Source of the DNA: Kiritimatiellia bacterium
GTDB taxonomy: Bacteria; Verrucomicrobiota; Kiritimatiellia; JAAZAB01
Assembly (NCBI GenBank): GCA_040767085.1
Contig: JAXGPF010000014.1
Coordinates: forward strand, 1 to 64,000
DNA: 64,000 nucleotides
Reading direction: 5' to 3'
A program made the translations under genes and the position numbers. The notes under the pieces are model-generated. The model searched no databases and had not been told where the DNA came from. It saw only the letters and a list, made by a program, of their open reading frames with translations. Positions 57,736 to 64,000 of this stretch are shown here, piece after piece; position 1 is the first letter of the stretch, and each line of letters starts with the position of its first letter.

Positions 57736-57748
57736 AGGCAGGCCTGGT

Positions 57749-58546
57749 TCAAGCCCGGATTTTCCGGAAAGCCGCGGGCCCCAGCCCGCGCAGCCGGTGA
57801 AAGACGCGGGTCAGGTGGTAGCGGTCGCAGAACCCGGTTTCGGCGGCAATGCCTTCGATTGTCTTATCGGTATAACGCAGGAGCAGGCAGGCTTGTTCAA
57901 TGCGTTTGTGCCGGAGATGTTCCTGCGGGGTCATGCCCATGGCCTGTTTGAAGAGCCGGATAAAGGCGTTGGTATTCATGCCGACCAGCGCTGCCAACTG
58001 GTCATTGCGCATTTCCCGGTCCAGGCGCGCTTCCATTTCCGCCAGGATGCGGCCGATGCGCGGGTGGGAGCGCGGGGATCGGAATTTATCCGCCGGCACG
58101 GCCTGCAGCGCCAGGTAGGCCAGCAGGTGGGCCGGGACGGCCATGGCCTCGCGCGCGGCCGCCGGGTCGTGGCGCAGGCGCCGCAGCGCCTCGGAAATGG
58201 CGGCGATGGCGGCGACGGCCGACCGGCCCGCATGGAAGGCATAGATGCCCGGCGCCACCGCCGTATAAGGCGCGCTGGCGAGGAAGTGCAGGTAAAAATG
58301 GTCCACCGGCCGCGGATTGCGCGCGGCAAACGGCGTATTGGGCGGCAGGGCGTAGGCCTTGGCCGGCGTCATGCGGGTTTCGGAGCGGCCGACCCGGATG
58401 AAGGCACCCGGCCCGGCATTCCAATACAAGCGCCAGAACGGCGCGCTGAGATTGGCGTAATTCCAGGCGCCGGGGCGTAGCGTCTGCCGGGCGCAGACCA
58501 GGATGCGCGCGCATGGTTCGGGAATTTGCTGTTCCAGGATGGGCAT
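57749..58546 (-). CDS. AraC-family transcriptional regulator
   Basis: 'LAALVGMN..AFIRLFKQ.MG.TP', 'IEGIAAETGFCDRYHLTRVF..L.G..P..FR'; divergent from the fucosidase; start may extend to 58579. Confidence 0.9.
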   Translation of the reverse strand: MPILEQQIPEPCARILVCARQTLRPGAWNYANLSAPFWRLYWNAGPGAFIRVGRSETRMTPAKAYALPPNTPFAARNPRPVDHFYLHFLASAPYTAVAPGIYAFHAGRSAVAAIAAISEALRRLRHDPAAAREAMAVPAHLLAYLALQAVPADKFRSPRSHPRIGRILAEMEARLDREMRNDQLAALVGMNTNAFIRLFKQAMGMTPQEHLRHKRIEQACLLLRYTDKTIEGIAAETGFCDRYHLTRVFHRLRGLGPAAFRKIRA

Positions 58547-58974
58547 GTCGGGGCAATCACAATCAATCTTGATTTGCAATCATCTCAATCCGGCGGCGTT
58601 GCCGTCCCATGCGAGAAAAATACACAAAATAAATGCGCGCGTCCATTGTTTTTAAAGGGACGAGTGATACCATGCCCGCTTATATACATTTGAGCCTAAA
58701 TCCGGCATTTGAAATTCAAAAATTGTCATATGCAATTTAAAATACGGAATGTAGGATTTCTGTCGCAAACATCTTTTAGGTGTGGGAAATTTTTGAATTT
58801 CAAACCGGAAATTGGTTGGCGATTTTACCGCATCTGCTTTGTTGGCAAGGGTTCGGAGTATACTAATACACCGTCACCCTTGCCGCCGCGCATCCGCGGC
58901 AAACTTGCCAACTGCCGGATTTAGGTTAAAGGCCGGGGGATCGCATTAAAGCGGCAGGATTTAAGGTGAAAAAT

Positions 58975-60270
58975 ATGAGCAAGCAACGTCCGTATGGCGC
59001 GGGGAATTCGAAGTGGTTCGTGCATGATCGGTTCGGTATGTTCATTCACTGGGGCACGTACGCGGCCGCCGCCCGGCATGAATGGGTGAAGTGCCGGGAG
59101 AAAATCGGCGAGGCTGCCTACCAGCGTTATTTCGACCATTTCAATCCGGACATGTACAATCCGGCGGAGTGGGCGCGCGCCGCCAAGCAGGCCGGGATGA
59201 AGTATTTTGTCATCACCACCAAGCACCACGAAGGATTCTGCCTCTGGGACACCAAGTACACCGATTACAAGGCCACCAACACGCCTTACGGCAAGGATTT
59301 GCTCAAGCCCATGGTCAAGGCGTTCCGCGAGGCCGGCATCCGGGTCGGATTTTACTACTCCCTGATCGACTGGCATCACCCGGAATTTACCGTGGACTGC
59401 CTCCATCCCCGGCGCGATGAGCCCGAGGCGCGGGCCAGGAACCAGCAGCGCGACATCAAGAAATACGCCGCTTACATGCGCCACCAGGTCACCGAATTGC
59501 TCACCAAGTTCGGCGATGTGGATGTGCTCTGGTTCGATTATTCCTATCCCGTCAAAGACGGCAAGGGCCGCGACGATTGGGAATCGGAAAAGCTGATCCG
59601 GCTGGTGCGCAAGCTGCGCCCGGATATCCTGGTGGACGACCGCCTGGACCTGCCGGGCTCCGGCGACATCATCACCCCCGAGCAATACCAGCCGCTCGGG
59701 TGGGTGGTGGATGCCGAGGGCAAGCCCACGCTGTGGGAAGCCTGCCAGACCTTTTCGGGCGCCTGGGGGTATCACCGGGACGAGCAGACCTGGAAGAGCG
59801 TCAAACTGCTGTTGACGATGCTGGTGGATTCCGTGAGCAAGAGCGGCAACCTGCTGTTGAACGTCGGGCCGACGGCGCGCGGCTACATTGACCAGCGGGC
59901 AATGGACCGGCTGGAGAGCATCGGCCAGTGGATGAAATACCACAACCGGGCGATTTACGGCTGTACGGCCGCGCCCTTCACGCCGCCGCCGGATTGCCGT
60001 TACACCTGGAACGGCAAGCGGCTGTATCTGCACATCCTGAACTGGCCGTTAAAAAACCTGTTCCTGGAAGGGCTGGCGGATAAAGTCGAATACGCGCAGT
60101 TCCTGCACGATGCCAGCGAGGTCAAGCTGACAACTGAACGGCCGCCGAAACCGACCCGGATGAGCGACAAGCAGTTTGACCAGCACTGGCCCAAGGGCTA
60201 TGCCGTTCTGGATATTCCGCCGGTGCAGCCATCCGTGGAAATCCCGGTGGTGGAACTGTTCCTGAAATAG
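58975..60270 (+). CDS. Alpha-L-fucosidase (GH29)
   Basis: 'RFGMFIHWG', 'TTKHHEGFCLWD', 'YYSLIDWHHP', 'LWFD', 'GNLLLNVGP'. Confidence 0.95.
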   Translation: MSKQRPYGAGNSKWFVHDRFGMFIHWGTYAAAARHEWVKCREKIGEAAYQRYFDHFNPDMYNPAEWARAAKQAGMKYFVITTKHHEGFCLWDTKYTDYKATNTPYGKDLLKPMVKAFREAGIRVGFYYSLIDWHHPEFTVDCLHPRRDEPEARARNQQRDIKKYAAYMRHQVTELLTKFGDVDVLWFDYSYPVKDGKGRDDWESEKLIRLVRKLRPDILVDDRLDLPGSGDIITPEQYQPLGWVVDAEGKPTLWEACQTFSGAWGYHRDEQTWKSVKLLLTMLVDSVSKSGNLLLNVGPTARGYIDQRAMDRLESIGQWMKYHNRAIYGCTAAPFTPPPDCRYTWNGKRLYLHILNWPLKNLFLEGLADKVEYAQFLHDASEVKLTTERPPKPTRMSDKQFDQHWPKGYAVLDIPPVQPSVEIPVVELFLK

Positions 60271-60326
60271 CCTGGTCGGCATCGGCGCGGAACCGCGCAT
60301 AAGCGGCGGCCGGCGGGCGGCAGGAG

Positions 60327-61352
60327 TCAATCCCAGTTCAGAATCACCTTGCCGGAATTGCCCGAGCGCATGATTTCGAAGGCCTGGGCGAATTCGGTGT
60401 AGTGGAACCGGTGGGTGATAATCCGGGAAATATCCAGCCCGCTTTGCAGCATGGCGGTCATCTTGTACCAGGTTTCATACATTTCGCGGCCGTATATCCC
60501 CTTGATCATCAAGCCGTTGAAAATCACCGTGTTCCAGTCGATTTTCGTTTCCGGCCCCAGGATGCCCAGCAGGGCAATCTTGCCGCCATGGCACATGCTG
60601 GCGAGCATGTTCTGAAAAGCGGAGGCATTACCGGACATTTCCAGGCCGACGTCAAATCCTTCCTTCATCCCGAGTTTTTTCTGGGCGTCCGCCAGTTTTT
60701 CCGTGCGCACGTCCAGCGCCAGTGTTGCGCCCATTTTGCGCGCCAGCTCCAGGCGGTAGGGGTTGACGTCCGTAATCACCACGTAGCGCGCGCCGGCATG
60801 CCTGGCGATGGCGACCGACATGATGCCGATCGGGCCGGCGCCCGTGATCAGGACATCTTCGCCCAGCACGCTGAAGGACAGGGAGGAATGCACGGCATTG
60901 CCCAGCGGATCGAAAATGGCCAGGGTATCAAGCGGAAGTTTCGGATCGGCATACCAGACGTTGGTGACGGGAATGCTGATGTACTCGGCAAACGCGCCCG
61001 GCCGGTTGACGCCCACGCCGCTGGTCTTCATGCACAAATGCCGCCGGCCGGCCAGGCAGTTACGGCAGCGGCCGCAGACAATATGGCCTTCGCCGCTGAC
61101 GATATCGCCGGGATGGAAATCCACGACGTTAGTGCCGACTTTTTCCACCACGCCCGCGAATTCATGCCCGATCACCATGGGCGCCGGGATGGTTTTCTGC
61201 GCCCAATCGTCCCAGTTGAAGATATGCACATCGGTGCCGCAGATGGCCGTACGCTTGACCTTGACCAGGACATCGTTGATGCCGACCGACGGCATGGGGA
61301 CGTCTTCCAGGTGCAACCCCGGCGCCCGTTCTTTTTTCAGAATGGCTTTCAT
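60327..61352 (-). CDS. tdh: L-threonine 3-dehydrogenase
   Basis: '[27 protein letters not shown]', '[23 protein letters not shown]', '[15 protein letters not shown]'. Confidence 0.95.
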   Translation of the reverse strand: MKAILKKERAPGLHLEDVPMPSVGINDVLVKVKRTAICGTDVHIFNWDDWAQKTIPAPMVIGHEFAGVVEKVGTNVVDFHPGDIVSGEGHIVCGRCRNCLAGRRHLCMKTSGVGVNRPGAFAEYISIPVTNVWYADPKLPLDTLAIFDPLGNAVHSSLSFSVLGEDVLITGAGPIGIMSVAIARHAGARYVVITDVNPYRLELARKMGATLALDVRTEKLADAQKKLGMKEGFDVGLEMSGNASAFQNMLASMCHGGKIALLGILGPETKIDWNTVIFNGLMIKGIYGREMYETWYKMTAMLQSGLDISRIITHRFHYTEFAQAFEIMRSGNSGKVILNWD

Positions 61353-61493
61353 CGAAAAATACTCCCAAGGCAGGCGCAAACCCGCACCCCAATTTAATTC
61401 TTCCCTCTCATCTGAGTCATCCGCGGATTATTTTTATCCACAGATTACGCAGATTTGCGCAGGTTATTTTACCGGAATACAGGACATCGCCTG

Positions 61494-62300
61494 TCACAGG
61501 CGGGACAATTCCATGGCGCGTCCTTCACGTGCATTGGCCACCGCGCAAACCCGGGGCACGTACGAGCGGGTTTCCTCGGGCAGGTAAGGGGCCAATTCGG
61601 CAAAAGTCGTCAAATTGTAATCCTGCATGGCGCGATCCACGAGGCCTTCGCCGGCATTGTAGGCTGCCAGCGCCAATTCCCAGCATTGAAATTGCCGGTA
61701 TAGTTGCTTCAAATATTGCGCGGCGGCGCGTGCGCTTTTTTCAGGCAACTTGCGTTCGTCCAACGGTTTAAGTTGCAGGCCGAACCGCAGCGCGGTTTCC
61801 GGCATCAACTGGAATAATCCGACCGCGCCGGAGCGGCTTTCAGCGTTATGATCGAAGGCGGATTCCACTTCCGCCAGCCAGACCAGGTGTTCCGGCACGC
61901 CTTCATCGGAAAAAATCTGCTTCAACCGGGGCACCGCCCGCAGGAACAGGCCTACGCGCTTCTGGACGGGAGTCATGGTCCAGAATCGGGCTGAATCAGG
62001 GGGTGTGTTCTCGCGATCGGGACGGCTCGTCCGGCGTGCCTCGCCGAAGCCTGGCGCAGACGGGCGGCCGCGCCCTGCTGGTGAACGATTTAACAGCATG
62101 GCGGCGGCGAAGTCGTTATACTTGGCCGCCGTGTATGTTAAGTTGTTGCCTGGTAATATGATATACGGCGGGAACTCGGCCAGCGGCATGCTGTCCCGGT
62201 TCTTAGGCAGGGGGCAGGCATTGATAGGCAACTGGGCGGAAGCCGAGACGGCCAGCAGAGCTGCGGCCAAGAAGCCGGCGGGACCGATTAATTTTTGCAT
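61494..62300 (-). CDS. Lytic transglycosylase (SLT domain, MltD-like)
   Basis: 'LAEVESAF', 'GAVGLFQLMPETA', 'ALAAYNAGEG', 'ETRSYVP'; signal peptide. Confidence 0.9.
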   Translation of the reverse strand: MQKLIGPAGFLAAALLAVSASAQLPINACPLPKNRDSMPLAEFPPYIILPGNNLTYTAAKYNDFAAAMLLNRSPAGRGRPSAPGFGEARRTSRPDRENTPPDSARFWTMTPVQKRVGLFLRAVPRLKQIFSDEGVPEHLVWLAEVESAFDHNAESRSGAVGLFQLMPETALRFGLQLKPLDERKLPEKSARAAAQYLKQLYRQFQCWELALAAYNAGEGLVDRAMQDYNLTTFAELAPYLPEETRSYVPRVCAVANAREGRAMELSRL

Positions 62301-62398
62301 GTAAATCTCCCGAGAACACATGCAAACCAAATTACAATCAAGGATGGTTTGGCGTTAATCCGGGAAGTTTTGCCGTCCGGCCTGCTTTTGTCAAGCCG

Positions 62399-63406
62399 TT
62401 AATCAGAAATTTTCACGCCGGGGATGCCGAGTCCAACCTGGCGGGCCTGGCGGTAAACCGTCTTGCCGCCGGCGCCCCCGCAAACCCGCCATTCGCGGGC
62501 GCGCTCCTGGCCGTCGCCGAATCCGCAGACTTCGGTAGTGGCGCGGATTGCGTCCAAAACCCGCTGGAAAAGTTCCCGGGCAGGCCGGACATCGCCGTAT
62601 TTCAGCCCGATGCGGCGCAGGGTATCGAGGTCTTTTTTTTCATCCCGCAGGCTCATGCTTTTATTGCCGAGGCACAGGTTGGATGGCGCATCATACGCCG
62701 AGCAGGGCGGGCAGATCATGCAGGGGCCCTGGATCAATTCGACGGGAAGCTCCGGGTTGCGCTGTATGGCGGCGATGGCTTCCGCCAGGTTGTCGGCGGG
62801 GATGGGGTCAATTTCCGCGGCCGGTCGGCCGGCATGGAAGCAGACCATGCAGAGCAGATGGTGGGGGCGGATGCGCAGGCGGGCGGCGGCGGCGACAACC
62901 TGGGCGGATTCGCGCTTCACGGCCTGCTTTTCCGATTCGGTGCGCTGCGGCACAATCCGATCCAGACCGGCCGCCAGGCCGCGCTCGTAATTGCCGCTGG
63001 CAGCATACCGGCAGGCCGGCCAGCCGGGCGCTTCCTGGGCGGGGTAAGCGCAGACGCCCAGGCAGGCGGGGATGGCGTCAGGAATGCCGCTGAAGCAGTC
63101 AATCGCCGGCCGGTTGGCGCCGGGGGTCAGGCCCAGCCGCTGCAGGATGGTCAAGTCGCGCAAGTCATTGTAAAGCGGACCTTCGGGAGTGTCGTCCGCG
63201 CGGCCCGGGTTCTGGTAGCGAAATACGGAAGCTGTATTGCACCGCAGGGTCAACGGCAGGGTCGGGTCGGCGCGGACGGCCGCCTGAATCCGGTCCAACT
63301 GCGCTTCCATGAAATACGGTTCAGCCGCCGGATTCTTGCGTCCTTGCCGGCACACCAGGCAAAGCAATTGATATGGGCGGATTTCAAGAGTATTGATTGT
63401 TTGCAT
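62399..63406 (-). CDS. Cys/His-rich protein with two DUF1284-like repeats
   Basis: 'IRPYQLLCLVC' and 'IRPHHLLCMVC...CMICPPC'; both halves contain 'D(L)xxL.R.GL'. Confidence 0.6.
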   Translation of the reverse strand: MQTINTLEIRPYQLLCLVCRQGRKNPAAEPYFMEAQLDRIQAAVRADPTLPLTLRCNTASVFRYQNPGRADDTPEGPLYNDLRDLTILQRLGLTPGANRPAIDCFSGIPDAIPACLGVCAYPAQEAPGWPACRYAASGNYERGLAAGLDRIVPQRTESEKQAVKRESAQVVAAAARLRIRPHHLLCMVCFHAGRPAAEIDPIPADNLAEAIAAIQRNPELPVELIQGPCMICPPCSAYDAPSNLCLGNKSMSLRDEKKDLDTLRRIGLKYGDVRPARELFQRVLDAIRATTEVCGFGDGQERAREWRVCGGAGGKTVYRQARQVGLGIPGVKISD

Positions 63407-63426
63407 GGTGTTTGGTGTAGCCTCTG

Positions 63427-64000
63427 TCAGCCGCGATCCCGGTAAATCTTGTCGTAATATTCACGATAAGCGCCGCTGCGGATGCGTTCCCACCAGTCGC
63501 GGTTGGCGAGGTACCATTCCACCGTGCGTTTCAGTCCGCCGCGGAAGTCATATTGCGGTTCCCAACCCAGTTCCGCCCGGATTTTGGCGGTGTCCATGGC
63601 ATACCGCCGGTCGTGTCCGGGGCGGTCGGGCACGTGTTTGATCAAGCTGGCGGGTTTGCCGAGCAGGGCCAGGATTTGCTGCACCACTTCCAGGTTGGGC
63701 ACATCGTGCAAACCGCCAAGATTATACACGGCGCCGGTCTGGCCGCGGCGCATGACCAGGTCGACGCCGCGACAATGGTCGGCCACGTAAATCCAGTCCC
63801 GCACTTGCAGGCCGTCACCGTACACCGGCAAAGGCTTGTCTTCCAAGGCGTTAGCGATCATCAGGGGGATGAGTTTCTCCGGGAATTGATACGGCCCGTA
63901 ATTGTTGGAACAGCGGGTGGTGACGGCGTTGAGTTTATGCGAATTAACGGCCGCGCGCACCAGGAAATCGGCGGCAGCCTTGGTGGCGGCGTAAGGATTA
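63427..64000 (-). CDS. rfbB: dTDP-glucose 4,6-dehydratase (5' part outside the window)
   Basis: 'PYAATKAAAD', 'RCSNNYGPYQFPEKLIP', 'GDGLQVRDWIYV.DH', 'DRPGHDRRYA'; frame open to the window end. Confidence 0.92.
   Translation of the reverse strand, partial: NPYAATKAAADFLVRAAVNSHKLNAVTTRCSNNYGPYQFPEKLIPLMIANALEDKPLPVYGDGLQVRDWIYVADHCRGVDLVMRRGQTGAVYNLGGLHDVPNLEVVQQILALLGKPASLIKHVPDRPGHDRRYAMDTAKIRAELGWEPQYDFRGGLKRTVEWYLANRDWWERIRSGAYREYYDKIYRDRG

Overview
A GC-rich bacterial window; the protein families and secreted-protein style suggest a PVC-group organism such as Kiritimatiellae/Lentisphaerae/Verrucomicrobia (inference only). It has three parts. (1) 1-22.2 kb: a minus-strand carbohydrate-utilisation cluster (GH106-like enzyme, BNR sialidase-like protein, CBM9/PcRGLX-like lyase, beta-helix protein, two large orphan glycosidase-like proteins, epimerase, CE7 esterase, GntR/LacI regulator). 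A complete two-gene IS4-superfamily element (2995-4825, 7-bp target duplication) sits just upstream of the GH106-like gene. (2) 23-40.4 kb: an anti-phage defence island. A Type I R-M operon (hsdM-hsdS-hsdR) carries a GmrSD-like DUF262/DUF1524 gene and a Hachiman hamAB pair nested inside it, joined by four ATGA overlaps. It is followed by an HNH nuclease, a membrane NERD nuclease and a SAM-methyltransferase-HNH-LexA/S24 fusion that retains the Ala-Gly cleavage site and Ser/Lys dyad; this fusion is the best candidate for an undescribed system. The island modules are bounded by tandem GGGTCA motifs, and the island is preceded by a membrane-anchored wHTH gene with a helically phased TGAAACG array. 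(3) 40.5-64 kb: AraC regulators, a giant secreted CBM9 protein with a C-terminal frameshift, a second beta-helix protein, an intact ISL3, a ~190-nt rod-shaped candidate structured RNA, and hrpB, C11 peptidase, HDAC-family, GH29 fucosidase, tdh, SLT, DUF1284-like and partial rfbB genes. No rRNA, tRNA, CRISPR array or integrase was seen. All family calls come from motifs read by eye; no searches were run.
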